From an uncultured SAR86 cluster bacterium (GTDB taxonomy: Bacteria > Pseudomonadota > Gammaproteobacteria > Magnimaribacterales > D2472): a DNA stretch of 64,000 nt. This document shows positions 22,577 through 32,797 of the stretch, in pieces; position 1 is the stretch's first letter, and the number at the start of each line of letters is the position of its first letter. The position numbers and the translations under genes were made by a program. A model generated the notes under the pieces. It was not told where the DNA came from, did no database searches, and worked only from the letters and a program-made list of their open reading frames with translations. The stretch is from positions 9,911-73,910 of the forward strand of contig CABYPB010000003.1 in assembly GCA_902520725.1 (NCBI GenBank), given 5' to 3'.

Positions 22577-23772
22577 GTATAGAAATTAAATCACCAACTT
22601 TTCCGGAATCTGTTGCAGACGGAACGGTTGCTAATTGGTTAAAGAAAGAAGGTGAGCCAGTAAATCAGGACGATGTCATTGCAGAAATTGAAACAGATAA
22701 AGTAGTTTTAGAGGTTTTGGCTCAGTCTGATGGCGTGATTACAAAAATAATCAAATCAGAAGGTGAAATTGTTTCTAGTTCAGAAGTAATTGGCGAGTTT
22801 TCAGAATCTAGCGATATTCCTTCCACAGCATCTAATAGCAAAGAAGTTGAAACTGCAGATGAAGTAAAAGAATTAAAAACCGATAAACCTGCTGCTAAAA
22901 AGATTGGTCCTGCAGCAAAGAAAATAATTTTAGAAGAAAACATAGATCCAAACGATGTTAAACCATCTGGAAAAGGTGAAAGAATTACAAAAGCTGATCT
23001 TATAAATCATTTAGATTCTAACAACGCAGTTTCTAAGAGTACTCATTCTATAGATTTAAGTTCAAATTCAGAAAGACCTGAAAAGCGAGTACCTATGTCA
23101 CGCTTAAGATCAACAATTGCAAAGAGGCTTGTTTCTGTAAAACAAGAAACAGCAATGCTGACAACTTTTAATGAAGTAGATATGTTGCCTATAAAAGAAC
23201 TCAGATCAAAATATGGTGCTGAATTTGAAAAAGAACATGAAGTGAAATTAGGCTTTATGGGTTTCTTTGTAATTGCTGTGGTTCAGGCACTAAAAAAGTT
23301 TCCAGTTGTTAACGCATCAATTGATGGAGATGAGGTTGTTTATCATGGTTTTCAAGATATTGGAGTTGCTGTGTCAACTGAAAGAGGATTAGTAGTCCCA
23401 ATCATTAAAGATGCTGATACAAAGTCTTTACCTGAGATAGAAAAATCTATACTAAGCTACTCTGAAAAGGCAAGAACTGGAAAATTATCTATTGAAGAGA
23501 TGCAAGGTGGAACTTTTACTATATCAAATGGCGGCATTTTTGGATCCCTATTATCTACTCCTATTTTGAATGCACCACAAACAGCAATTTTAGGCATGCA
23601 TGCCATACAAGACAGACCTGTTGCAATTGATGGTCAGGTATCTATTAGACCAATGATGTACCTTGCCATGAGTTACGATCATAGACTTCTTGATGGTAAG
23701 GAAGCTGTTACTTTTTTAGTCTCAATAAAAGAACAACTTGAATCGCCAGAAAGGCTATTACTAAATTTATAA
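22573..23772 (+). CDS. sucB: Dihydrolipoyllysine-residue succinyltransferase (E2 of 2-oxoglutarate dehydrogenase)
   Basis: Single lipoyl domain ([10 protein letters not shown]), E3-binding domain, and the catalytic SYDHRLLDG motif. Confidence 0.95.
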   Translation: MSIEIKSPTFPESVADGTVANWLKKEGEPVNQDDVIAEIETDKVVLEVLAQSDGVITKIIKSEGEIVSSSEVIGEFSESSDIPSTASNSKEVETADEVKELKTDKPAAKKIGPAAKKIILEENIDPNDVKPSGKGERITKADLINHLDSNNAVSKSTHSIDLSSNSERPEKRVPMSRLRSTIAKRLVSVKQETAMLTTFNEVDMLPIKELRSKYGAEFEKEHEVKLGFMGFFVIAVVQALKKFPVVNASIDGDEVVYHGFQDIGVAVSTERGLVVPIIKDADTKSLPEIEKSILSYSEKARTGKLSIEEMQGGTFTISNGGIFGSLLSTPILNAPQTAILGMHAIQDRPVAIDGQVSIRPMMYLAMSYDHRLLDGKEAVTFLVSIKEQLESPERLLLNL

Positions 23773-23783
23773 TACAGGAAAAT

Positions 23784-25199
23784 ATGTTTGATGTAGTTGT
23801 TATAGGAAGTGGCCCAGCAGGATATGTTGCTGCAATTAAAGCTTCTCAACTTGGCCTTAAAACCTTATGTATTGAAGAATCAGTTGATAATAAAGGCAAT
23901 GCTAATTTTGGTGGCACCTGTTTAAATGTTGGATGTATTCCTTCTAAAGCCCTTCTTGATTCATCTCATAGATATTATGAAGCTAACAAGAAGCTTAGTG
24001 AACATGGCATTGAGATCGGTGAACTTAAACTAGATCTTAGTTTAATGATGAAAAGAAAAGACGATATTGTTAATAAACTTACAGGAGGAATTAATGGATT
24101 ATTTTCCTCTAATAAAGTTGAATCATATTCTGGAAGAGGAAAAATTATTGATGCAAATACAGTTGAAGTTGTAAAAGCTGATGGTGCTGTTGAGAAGATT
24201 GAAACTAAAAATATAATTATAGCTACAGGATCTAAGCCCATAGAGATCCCTTCGGCACCTTTTGGTAAAAACATTGTAGATAGCACCGGGGCATTAGGTT
24301 TTACTAAGGTGCCAGAGACTCTTGGAGTAGTTGGTGCTGGAATAATTGGTTTAGAACTTGGAAGTGTATGGTCACGACTTGGATCTAAGGTAACTGTAAT
24401 TGAAGCATTAGATGATTTTCTTCCGATGGCAGATAAAGATATTTCTAAAGAATCCTTTAAAGAGTTTAAAAAACAAGGCCTTGATATCAAGTTAAGTTCA
24501 ACAGTTATAAAATGCTCAGAACACAAAGAATACGTTTCAGTTAGCTATGAATGCCAAGGTGAAGAAATTAACAAGAAATTTGAAAAATTAATAGTTGCAG
24601 TAGGAAGATATCCTAACTCTTCTGGGGTTATAGGTGAAAAGGTCAATATATCAATTAATAAAGGCTTCATCGAGGTGAATGAATTTTGTCAAACTTCAGT
24701 CCCAAACATTTGGGCTGTTGGTGATGTTGTGAGAGGGCCGATGCTTGCTCATAAAGGAAGTGAAGAAGGTATTATGGTCGCAGAAAGAATCGCAGAAAAA
24801 CAAGCTCAAGTTAATTATGATTTAGTGCCTTCTGTGATTTATTCTCACCCTGAAATTGCATGGGTTGGACATAATGAAGATGAATTAAAGTTAAAAAAAA
24901 TTGATTATAAAGTTGGTAAATTTCCTTTTGCCGCGTCTGGAAGAGCACTTGCTGTTGATCAATCAGTTGGGTTTGTAAAAGTCTTGTCAGATAAAAAAAC
25001 CGACACCATACTTGGCGTCCATGTTTTTGGTCCTGCTGCAGCTGAAATTGTCCAACAAGCATTAATTTCAATGGAATTTGGTGCAAGCTCAGAAGATATT
25101 TCATTAACAATGTTTAGTCATCCAACTGTTTCTGAGGCTTTTCATGAGGCTGCTCTTGCTGCAAACAATCAAGCTATTCACATAGGTAACAAAAAGTAA
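23784..25199 (+). CDS. lpdA: Dihydrolipoyl dehydrogenase (E3)
   Basis: GSGPAGY, the redox disulfide [13 protein letters not shown], and the C-terminal HPTVSE. Confidence 0.95.
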   Translation: MFDVVVIGSGPAGYVAAIKASQLGLKTLCIEESVDNKGNANFGGTCLNVGCIPSKALLDSSHRYYEANKKLSEHGIEIGELKLDLSLMMKRKDDIVNKLTGGINGLFSSNKVESYSGRGKIIDANTVEVVKADGAVEKIETKNIIIATGSKPIEIPSAPFGKNIVDSTGALGFTKVPETLGVVGAGIIGLELGSVWSRLGSKVTVIEALDDFLPMADKDISKESFKEFKKQGLDIKLSSTVIKCSEHKEYVSVSYECQGEEINKKFEKLIVAVGRYPNSSGVIGEKVNISINKGFIEVNEFCQTSVPNIWAVGDVVRGPMLAHKGSEEGIMVAERIAEKQAQVNYDLVPSVIYSHPEIAWVGHNEDELKLKKIDYKVGKFPFAASGRALAVDQSVGFVKVLSDKKTDTILGVHVFGPAAAEIVQQALISMEFGASSEDISLTMFSHPTVSEAFHEAALAANNQAIHIGNKK

Positions 25200-26359
25200 T
25201 GAACCTTCATGAATATCAAGGCAAATTATTATTTGCCCAATACAATCTTCCAGTTTCAAAAGGAGAAGTTATATTTAGTGCTAACGATGCAATAGAAGCA
25301 TGTAACAAAATAGGTGGTTCCAAATGGGTTGTTAAAGCACAAGTGCACGCTGGTGGAAGAGGTAAGGCTGGCGGAGTAGAATTAATCGAATCACCTGACC
25401 AAGCTGTTGAGTTTTCAAAAAAATGGCTTGGTAAAAGGCTGATAACATATCAAACTGACAAAGAAGGCCAACTTGTAAATTCAATCTTAATTGAAGAATG
25501 TACCGAAATAGCAAAAGAACTATATTTAAGTGCTGTAATCGATAGAGATTCTCAACAAATTGTATTCATAGGCTCCAGCGAGGGTGGAGTTAATATAGAA
25601 GATGTTGCAAAAAATTCTCCTGAAAAAATCATTTATAAGGGAATCGACTCTAATAACTCTAATATTGAAGATAATGCAATTAGTATTGCTAAAGTGTTAA
25701 AACTTAATGATGGTCAAACTAAACAGTTCATACCTATGATTCAGAACCTTTTTCAACTTTTTATTGAAAAAGATCTAAGTCTTCTTGAAATCAACCCTTT
25801 GGTAATTACAGAGCAGGGTAATTTACATTGTTTAGATGCAAAGATTAACATTGATGCAAATGCGCTTTATAGACAACCAGATATTCGAGAAATGCATGAT
25901 GAAACTCAAGAAGATCCTCAGGAAGTGGAAGCAGCAAAAAGTGATCTAAGTTATGTATCACTAGATGGAAATATTGGCTGTATGGTAAATGGCGCCGGAT
26001 TGGCAATGGGAACAATGGATACCATTAAATTCTTTGGCGGTAATCCTGCAAATTTCCTAGATGTTGGAGGTACTGCAACTCAAGAAAGAGTTACAAAAGC
26101 ATTTAAAATAATTTTAAAGGACCCAGAAGTTAAAGTTGTATTAGTAAATATATTTGGTGGCATTGTTAGATGCGATCTTATTGCTGAGGGAGTTGTGGCT
26201 GCAATAAAAGAAGTAAATGTTGATATACCAGTTGTTGTAAGACTTGAGGGTAATAATGCTGTTTTAGGAGCAAAGATATTATCAGACGCTGATATTGAAA
26301 TTCAGAGCATAAATAATCTAACTGATGCTGCAAAAAAAGCAGTGGAGTTAGCAGAATGA
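25199..26359 (+). CDS. sucC: Succinate--CoA ligase (ADP-forming) beta subunit
   Basis: [19 protein letters not shown], and [14 protein letters not shown]. Confidence 0.97.
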   Translation: MNLHEYQGKLLFAQYNLPVSKGEVIFSANDAIEACNKIGGSKWVVKAQVHAGGRGKAGGVELIESPDQAVEFSKKWLGKRLITYQTDKEGQLVNSILIEECTEIAKELYLSAVIDRDSQQIVFIGSSEGGVNIEDVAKNSPEKIIYKGIDSNNSNIEDNAISIAKVLKLNDGQTKQFIPMIQNLFQLFIEKDLSLLEINPLVITEQGNLHCLDAKINIDANALYRQPDIREMHDETQEDPQEVEAAKSDLSYVSLDGNIGCMVNGAGLAMGTMDTIKFFGGNPANFLDVGGTATQERVTKAFKIILKDPEVKVVLVNIFGGIVRCDLIAEGVVAAIKEVNVDIPVVVRLEGNNAVLGAKILSDADIEIQSINNLTDAAKKAVELAE

Positions 26360-27228
26360 GTATTTTAGTTAATAAAGATACAAGATTGCTTGTTCAAGGT
26401 TTTACTGGATCACAAGGTACTTTGCATTCTGAACAAGCAATTGAATATGGTACAAATATTGTTGGAGGAGTAACTCCAGGCAAGGGAGGGCAAAAACATC
26501 TTAATAAGCCTGTATTCAATACAGTCGAAGAAGCTATGAAAGAAGTTAAACCAAATGCATCAATAATATTTGTTCCTGCAAAATTTTGTAAAGATTCAAT
26601 TCTAGAGGCTGCCGAATCTGGTATTAAATTAATTATTTGTATAACAGAGGGGGTGCCTACTTTAGATATGCTAGAGGTTAAAAAAAGAGTAGATAATCTC
26701 GGAGTAAGATTAATAGGCCCTAACTGCCCTGGGGTTATAACTCCAGGAGAAACTAAATTAGGAATTATGCCTGGTAGCATCCATAAACCTGGTTCCATAG
26801 GTATTATTTCAAGGTCAGGCACACTTACATATGAAGCTGTAAAACAAACAACTGATCTGGGTTTTGGACAAAGCAGTTGTGTTGGTATTGGTGGAGATCC
26901 AATACCTGGCTCTTCTTTTATTGATATTCTAAAACTATTTGAAAACGACGTTCAAACAAAGGCTATTGTTATGGTCGGAGAAATTGGAGGAAATGCTGAG
27001 GAGGCAGCTGCAGAATATATTTTAAATAATGTATCTAAGCCAGTAATATCTTATATAGCAGGGCAAACAGCACCTGCTGGCAAAAGAATGGGCCATGCTG
27101 GAGCGATAATTGCTGGAGGAAAGGGCACTGCAGAAGATAAAATTAAAAAACTCAAAGAATGTGGAGTTCATGTAGCAGATAATCTTGTTTCTATTGGTGC
27201 AAAAGTTGATGAGGTTTTGAACTCTTAA
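26356..27228 (+). CDS. sucD: Succinate--CoA ligase alpha subunit
   Basis: [28 protein letters not shown], and MGHAGAII (phospho-His). Confidence 0.97.
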   Translation: MSILVNKDTRLLVQGFTGSQGTLHSEQAIEYGTNIVGGVTPGKGGQKHLNKPVFNTVEEAMKEVKPNASIIFVPAKFCKDSILEAAESGIKLIICITEGVPTLDMLEVKKRVDNLGVRLIGPNCPGVITPGETKLGIMPGSIHKPGSIGIISRSGTLTYEAVKQTTDLGFGQSSCVGIGGDPIPGSSFIDILKLFENDVQTKAIVMVGEIGGNAEEAAAEYILNNVSKPVISYIAGQTAPAGKRMGHAGAIIAGGKGTAEDKIKKLKECGVHVADNLVSIGAKVDEVLNS

Positions 27229-28573
27229 TTCTAAGATGTTTTTTTATAATTCTTTTCAATCTCAAAATTGATAAAACAGAAAAAATACTTAAACCAATAA
27301 TCATCCCAAACCACATACCTTTTGCACCCAACGGGCTTCCGAAACCATAGTTTGTAAGATAAAAACCAATCGGCATTGCAAAAAACCAATAAGATATCAA
27401 AAGTAAAATCATTGGAATAAATGTATCTTTATATCCTCTCAAGCTACCTAGAGCACCCATTTGAATGCCATCTGGTAGTTGAAAAATTGCGGCAAATATA
27501 ATTAGACTTACCGCAAGTTCAAATACAGGTAACTCTGTTGTATAAAGACTTACAATTTTTGCACCAAGTGTAAGAATGATGACAACATTAATTAGAGCAC
27601 CAAATATACATAATAAGATTGTTGCAAAAGAAGCTGTTTTTGCCTGTTTAGGATTACTGGCGCCTAATAAATTTCCTACTCTTGTAGCAGAGGCTAGACC
27701 AATTGCTAATGGGACCATAAAAAATAAACTAGCTATATTAATTGCAACAGTATGAGCTGCAACCACAACCTCTCCTAAAATACTTAGAATAATTGCTGCT
27801 CCTGAAAACATACTCAATTCTATAAATATCCCAATACCTATAGGTAAGCCAAGCTTAATAACTTCTTTTGTTGTTTTAATCGATGGAGGAGTGAATACTG
27901 CAAAAGGTTCAGTTGATTTGTAATTTTTTGATATGGCAATATAACAAAACAGAATGATCATCATTGAGAATGCAACGATTGAAGTTGCTACTCCACATCC
28001 AATCCCCCCAAGCTCTGGAAATCCAAACCATCCATATACAAATATTAAGTCAAGTGGGATATTAAGTAACATACCTGAGAAAGCAATTATGAATATTGGC
28101 TTTGTAAGCGTCATTCCTTCGCTGTAACATCTTAAGCATGTAAAGATAGTTATAAATGCTAGCCCAGGAGCTACAGCTTTAAGATATCCATTAGTTACAC
28201 CAGTTATAGAGTCTTTTATAGGCAAGAAATTTAGTAAAATATCGAAATTGTAAATAATAAATGCTAGCAAAAAACCCAATAAGGCAGCAATCCACAAAAT
28301 TTCCCTTAACTTTTTTCCAATTTCTTTATATTTTTTAGCTCCAAATAATTGTGCAACAATTGGAGTTACAGAAAATATTACACCTGTAACGAAAAACCAT
28401 AAAGTATTTGCAAATGCAGTACCTACAGCTAATCCTGCTAAGTCAGTAGCACTAGCTCTTCCAGCTATGATCGTGTCTGTTGCACCCATAAGCATATATG
28501 ACATCTGAGAACCAAAGATTGGAATCCCTATCTTGACTAAGTTTTGAAACTCTATAATGTATTTATTATTCAA
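27191..28573 (-). CDS. MATE family multidrug/Na+ efflux transporter (NorM-like)
   Basis: 460 aa, about 12 TM segments, and the typical MATE start ([28 protein letters not shown]). Its 3' end overlaps sucD by 38 nt. Confidence 0.85.
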   Translation of the reverse strand: MNNKYIIEFQNLVKIGIPIFGSQMSYMLMGATDTIIAGRASATDLAGLAVGTAFANTLWFFVTGVIFSVTPIVAQLFGAKKYKEIGKKLREILWIAALLGFLLAFIIYNFDILLNFLPIKDSITGVTNGYLKAVAPGLAFITIFTCLRCYSEGMTLTKPIFIIAFSGMLLNIPLDLIFVYGWFGFPELGGIGCGVATSIVAFSMMIILFCYIAISKNYKSTEPFAVFTPPSIKTTKEVIKLGLPIGIGIFIELSMFSGAAIILSILGEVVVAAHTVAINIASLFFMVPLAIGLASATRVGNLLGASNPKQAKTASFATILLCIFGALINVVIILTLGAKIVSLYTTELPVFELAVSLIIFAAIFQLPDGIQMGALGSLRGYKDTFIPMILLLISYWFFAMPIGFYLTNYGFGSPLGAKGMWFGMIIGLSIFSVLSILRLKRIIKKHLRIKSSKPHQLLHQ

Positions 28574-28621
28574 TTTTATTTGGAAATATTTTTGCTACTT
28601 TAGCATAAGAAAAATATTAAT

Positions 28622-29353
28622 TTGGAGTTTTGTATTAGAAAAGATAATAGACCTTACTGGCTTAAAAAGTATGCTACTAAGTTAAACAGAATATATGTAA
28701 GACACTTCTTAAAACCTCAGTTTAAATATTTAGGAAAAGGGGGCGCATATTTTAAACCAAGATATATCCAAGTCTTTGGAAGTAACGTTACTATAGATGA
28801 TTATCCAACTTTAATTGGCGCAAGTGATGCAAATATTCAATTAACATCATGGAATATTGGTGAACATAAGGGTGAAATCATTATTGGCAAATATTCCTTA
28901 ATTACGCCTGGTGTAAGGATCATGGCTGCTGAAAAAATTGAAATAGGTGATGCTTGCATGATCGCACATGGAGCATATATATCTGATGCAGACTGGCATG
29001 GTATATATGATCGTGCAAAACCGGTTGGAACCACTAAACCTGTTTTTATAAAAGACAACGTTTGGATAGGTGATAGCACAATAATATGCAAGGGCGTTAC
29101 TATTGGTAAAAATAGTATTATTGGAGCAGGTTCAGTTGTTACAAAAGATGTTGACGAGAACTGTATTTATGCAGGAAATCCAGCAACATTTATTAAAAAG
29201 CTTGATAAAAAAGAATTTAATACTCGCAAAGATTTCTTTAAAGATCCAAAAAAACTAGCATATGATTTTGATATGCTTGACAAATATTCCCTTAAAGATA
29301 ATTCTTTCTTTGATTGGCTTAAAAGTTTAATAAATCCAAACAATACACATTAA
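28622..29353 (+). CDS. Left-handed beta-helix (hexapeptide-repeat) acyl/acetyltransferase
   Basis: Hexapeptide repeats: IGDACMIAHGAYI, VWIGDSTIICKGVTIGKNSIIGAGSVV, and YAGNPA. Only a TTG start is available, so the start is uncertain. Substrate unknown. Confidence 0.65.
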   Translation: MEFCIRKDNRPYWLKKYATKLNRIYVRHFLKPQFKYLGKGGAYFKPRYIQVFGSNVTIDDYPTLIGASDANIQLTSWNIGEHKGEIIIGKYSLITPGVRIMAAEKIEIGDACMIAHGAYISDADWHGIYDRAKPVGTTKPVFIKDNVWIGDSTIICKGVTIGKNSIIGAGSVVTKDVDENCIYAGNPATFIKKLDKKEFNTRKDFFKDPKKLAYDFDMLDKYSLKDNSFFDWLKSLINPNNTH

Positions 29354-29459
29354 TTAATGTTAAAATTATCTACAATAATTATGTATTATTTAAATACTAA
29401 ATTTGGCACTCAAATTGCATGTATATAGTTATAACAATTAAATTTTAAAAGAGGATTTT

Positions 29460-29849
29460 GTGAGTAAAGATTCTAGTGATTCAATTTCAAGAGCAAGAAA
29501 ATTTATAAAGAATATTCTTACACAAACTATAGATAATCCAAATAATCCAGATTCATTGAATTTCTTTCAAGCTGATACCTATAGATTCTATTTTTTAATG
29601 AGTTTTATGTGGGAATACCTTGAAGGAAATGAGATATCACAAGAGTATGCTATCTCGCTTGTTCCGAAAAAATATGCCTCCAGAATAAAACGTCTACAAG
29701 TTTTGAAACAAGCAGTTAAGCTTGGTTACATTAACGAGACCAGCTCAACAATTGATAAAAGAAGAAGGATATATAAACCCACCGATAGTCTGCTTGATGA
29801 TTTCTTTACTTATACTGACAATGTTTCTATGCAATTAAAAGCTAGCTAA
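29460..29849 (+). CDS. Hypothetical small protein with probable MarR-like winged helix (putative transcription factor)
   Basis: GTG start preceded by a good SD (AAGAGGA, 5-nt spacer). The C-terminal half (QVLKQAVKLGYINETSSTIDKRRRIYKPTDSL) looks like a recognition helix plus wing. The protein has no Cys. The functional call is weak. Confidence 0.45.
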   Translation: MSKDSSDSISRARKFIKNILTQTIDNPNNPDSLNFFQADTYRFYFLMSFMWEYLEGNEISQEYAISLVPKKYASRIKRLQVLKQAVKLGYINETSSTIDKRRRIYKPTDSLLDDFFTYTDNVSMQLKAS

Positions 29850-29888
29850 CACCTACCTATATATCTTCTTTTTAATTACAATTAGTTT

Positions 29889-30284
29889 ATGTCTAAACTT
29901 GTCAAAACTGATGATGAATGGAAGAGCTTGCTTGATCAAGAAAGCTATAGGGTAACCAGGGAATCTGGAACAGAGAAGCCATTTACTGGTAAGTATTGGG
30001 ATTTTAATGACAAGGGAAGTTATAAATGTGTTTGTTGTGGACAACACTTGTTTGCATCAGATTCTAAATTCGATGCTGGTTGTGGCTGGCCAAGTTTCTT
30101 TATTCCAAAAGAAGATAGTTTTATTGATGAGGTTGAAGATTACTCATTTGGTATGAGGCGAACTGAAGTAAGATGTTCAAAATGTGATGCTCATCTTGGT
30201 CATGTTTTTAATGATGGTCCTGAACCGACCGGTTTGAGATATTGTATAAATTCTGCATCATTAAATTTTGAGCAAGATAATTAA
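29889..30284 (+). CDS. msrB: Peptide-methionine (R)-S-oxide reductase
   Basis: Two CxxC Zn motifs (CVCCGQ and [12 protein letters not shown]) and the catalytic RYCINS. Confidence 0.95.
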   Translation: MSKLVKTDDEWKSLLDQESYRVTRESGTEKPFTGKYWDFNDKGSYKCVCCGQHLFASDSKFDAGCGWPSFFIPKEDSFIDEVEDYSFGMRRTEVRCSKCDAHLGHVFNDGPEPTGLRYCINSASLNFEQDN

Positions 30285-31833
30285 TAATTTACATACAAAT
30301 AAAGATTTTTTTAGTAATTTGAAGAAAGTAGTTTCTGGTACTAGCCTTTCTAGATTCTTTGGTCTCATAAGAGATATCTCTACAACAAATTTATTTGGAG
30401 CATCTGTTTTTCATGACATTTTTGTAATTTGCCTTAAAATCCCAAATTTATTCAGACGTTTTTTTGCAGAAGGTGCTTTTAATCAGGCATTTGTTCCTTT
30501 GTACTCAGAATATGAAGGAAAAAAAGATAATTTGCGTTCTCAAGAATTTTTAAATGCTATTACTGGCATATTGGTATTAACTTTATTTATTTTTACATTA
30601 ATAGTTTTAATATTTGCACCAATATTTATTTTTTTATTTGCACCAGGTTTTTACTTTGATCCAGTAAAACAAGATATATCTGTTCAAGTTTTGAGAATAA
30701 TGTTTCCATACTTGGCATTAATATCGTTGGTAGCCTTAGCAGGAGGAATTCAAAATACGCATCAAAAATTTTCTGTTCCTGCTTTAACTCCTGTTATTTT
30801 TAATTTATCTCTCATTATCGCAGCACTATTTATTGCACCAAAATATGACATGCCTATATATGTTCTAGCATGGAGTGTTCTGCTGGCGGGCTTCCTTCAA
30901 TTAATTATTCAAATAGCTCCCTTAAGAAGCATTAAAAGACTACCCATACCAAAATTAAATTTTCAAAACGAAGGCATTAAAAAATTCTTTGTAGTAATTT
31001 TTCCAGCTATTTTAGCTGGTGGAATAATACAAATTAATTTGTTGGTAGATACAATATTTGCATCATTGCTAGAAACAGGTAGCCCAACATGGCTATATGT
31101 GTCTGATAGATTAGTTCAGTTTCCATTAGGAATTTTTGCAATAGCTATTGGCACCGTTTTGCTTCCAACTTTATCAAAGTTAGATGCGAATAAAGAAAGA
31201 ATTGCATTCAATAATACTATCAAGAAAGGCCAAAGATTTGTTTTATTTATTGGAGTCCCTTCTTTAATTGGCTTAATGTTTTGTGCAGAAGATCTAATAA
31301 GTACAATTTTTTACAGAGGAGCATTTAATGAGGTGGATGTTTTTAATTCTTCTATGAGTTTAATGGCATTTTCAATGGGATTGCCTTTTTTTATGCTTAT
31401 GAAAGTTCTTACACCAGCATTCTTTGCTAGAAAAGATACCAAAACCCCTATGTTTGTAGCTGTTATTTCATTGGTATTGAATGCTTCTTTAAATTATTTG
31501 TTGGCATTTGTTCTTAATTTTGGACACGTAGGTATAGCAATCGGAAGCTCAGTTGCAGCTTTAATCAGCGTTTTAATTCTTGAAGGCATTCTATATAAAG
31601 ATGGATTTATAAAAATACATGGTGTTATTAATAGATTTAATATAATGATATTATTTTCAAGTATTGCATTAATTATCTTTCTTTATTTTTTTACATCCAT
31701 GACAAACTTCATGAATTTTAATCAACCTCAACGATTTCTTTTTTTAACTATAGAAATTATTATTTCTATAGCCATTTATTTTTCTGTTTCAAAATTGATA
31801 TATCAAAAATCATTAAAAAATTTATTTAATTAA
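30268..31833 (+). CDS. murJ: Lipid II flippase MurJ (MviN)
   Basis: [19 protein letters not shown] and [12 protein letters not shown], with about 14 TM segments. The start is uncertain: TTG at 30268 versus in-frame TTG at 30319, which aligns better with the E. coli N-terminus. Confidence 0.88.
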   Translation: MSKIINNLHTNKDFFSNLKKVVSGTSLSRFFGLIRDISTTNLFGASVFHDIFVICLKIPNLFRRFFAEGAFNQAFVPLYSEYEGKKDNLRSQEFLNAITGILVLTLFIFTLIVLIFAPIFIFLFAPGFYFDPVKQDISVQVLRIMFPYLALISLVALAGGIQNTHQKFSVPALTPVIFNLSLIIAALFIAPKYDMPIYVLAWSVLLAGFLQLIIQIAPLRSIKRLPIPKLNFQNEGIKKFFVVIFPAILAGGIIQINLLVDTIFASLLETGSPTWLYVSDRLVQFPLGIFAIAIGTVLLPTLSKLDANKERIAFNNTIKKGQRFVLFIGVPSLIGLMFCAEDLISTIFYRGAFNEVDVFNSSMSLMAFSMGLPFFMLMKVLTPAFFARKDTKTPMFVAVISLVLNASLNYLLAFVLNFGHVGIAIGSSVAALISVLILEGILYKDGFIKIHGVINRFNIMILFSSIALIIFLYFFTSMTNFMNFNQPQRFLFLTIEIIISIAIYFSVSKLIYQKSLKNLFN

Positions 31834-31834
31834 T

Positions 31835-32797
31835 ATGTATCTTATAAGGGGTCAGCATAATTTAGAGTTATTCAAATCAAGATTTAAAGATATTAAGCTT
31901 TCAGGAACTATTGGTAATTTTGATGGATTACATTTAGGTCATCAGGCTATCTTAGAAAAGATTAAAAATAATTCAAAAGAATTCAATTCAAAAACAATTG
32001 TATTTTTTACAGAACCTCATGCTTCTGAATATTTTGCTAGCATTAATAATTTACATAATGAGATTCCTCCAAGAATATGCTCATGGCGAGAAAAGTTTAA
32101 ATTGTTAGAAAAAAGTGGCATTGATTTTGCTTTTTTTCTTAAATTTAATAATTCACTTAGAACAATGTCACCTGAAAATTTTATTTCCGAGATATTAGAC
32201 TCTATTAATCTTAAAAGTTTTACAGTTGGAGATGATTTTAGATTTGGACTGGATAGAAAAGGTGATACGGATCAATTAAGAGAATGGGGAAAGAAGAGAG
32301 GTATTCTTGTAGAGAATACAGAAACAATATTGTATAAAGATGAGCGAGTTAGTAGTTCAAGAATAAGAAAAGCACTTATAGATAATAATTTTAAACTTGC
32401 AGAAAAACTTCTTGGAAGGCCTTATACTTTTTCAGGAAAAGTTGTTCATGGGCAACATCTTGGAAGAACTATTGATATTCCAACTGCAAACATATGGCTT
32501 CCAAAACAAAAACTACCCATACAGGGCGTATATGCAGTGCAATGTAATCTTGGAGAAAAAAAATATTATGGTATAGCCAATATGGGTGTTAGACCTACTG
32601 TTGGGGGTACAAATCCTGTTCTTGAAGTTCATTTATTTGAATTTAGCGAATTTATATACTCACAAAGGTTAAAAGTAAGATTTATAAAAAAAATAAGAGA
32701 TGAAAAGAAATTTGAGAATTTAGACATGTTAAAATTACAAATTCAACAGGATATTTCAATAGCTAAAAATTTTATAAATAATTCCGATGACAACTAA
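31835..32797 (+). CDS. ribF: Bifunctional riboflavin kinase / FMN adenylyltransferase
   Basis: GNFDGLHLGHQ, VSSSRIR, and the kinase domain GRTIDIPTAN ... LEVHLFEF. Confidence 0.92.
   Translation: MYLIRGQHNLELFKSRFKDIKLSGTIGNFDGLHLGHQAILEKIKNNSKEFNSKTIVFFTEPHASEYFASINNLHNEIPPRICSWREKFKLLEKSGIDFAFFLKFNNSLRTMSPENFISEILDSINLKSFTVGDDFRFGLDRKGDTDQLREWGKKRGILVENTETILYKDERVSSSRIRKALIDNNFKLAEKLLGRPYTFSGKVVHGQHLGRTIDIPTANIWLPKQKLPIQGVYAVQCNLGEKKYYGIANMGVRPTVGGTNPVLEVHLFEFSEFIYSQRLKVRFIKKIRDEKKFENLDMLKLQIQQDISIAKNFINNSDDN

Noticed and set aside
23975-24526. 183-aa ORF antisense to lpdA
   Set aside because: It lies entirely inside a well-supported gene on the opposite strand. The product is low-complexity (Ser/Leu/Pro-rich), typical of the antisense frame of a codon-biased gene, and has no start-site signals.
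26394-26822. 142-aa ORF antisense to sucD, plus similar antisense ORFs in groEL (39755-40045, 40117-40461, 40915-41100) and across the ispH/ampD junction (36667-37047)
   Set aside because: These are shadow ORFs of highly conserved genes, with Pro/Gly/Ser-rich nonsense composition and no independent support.
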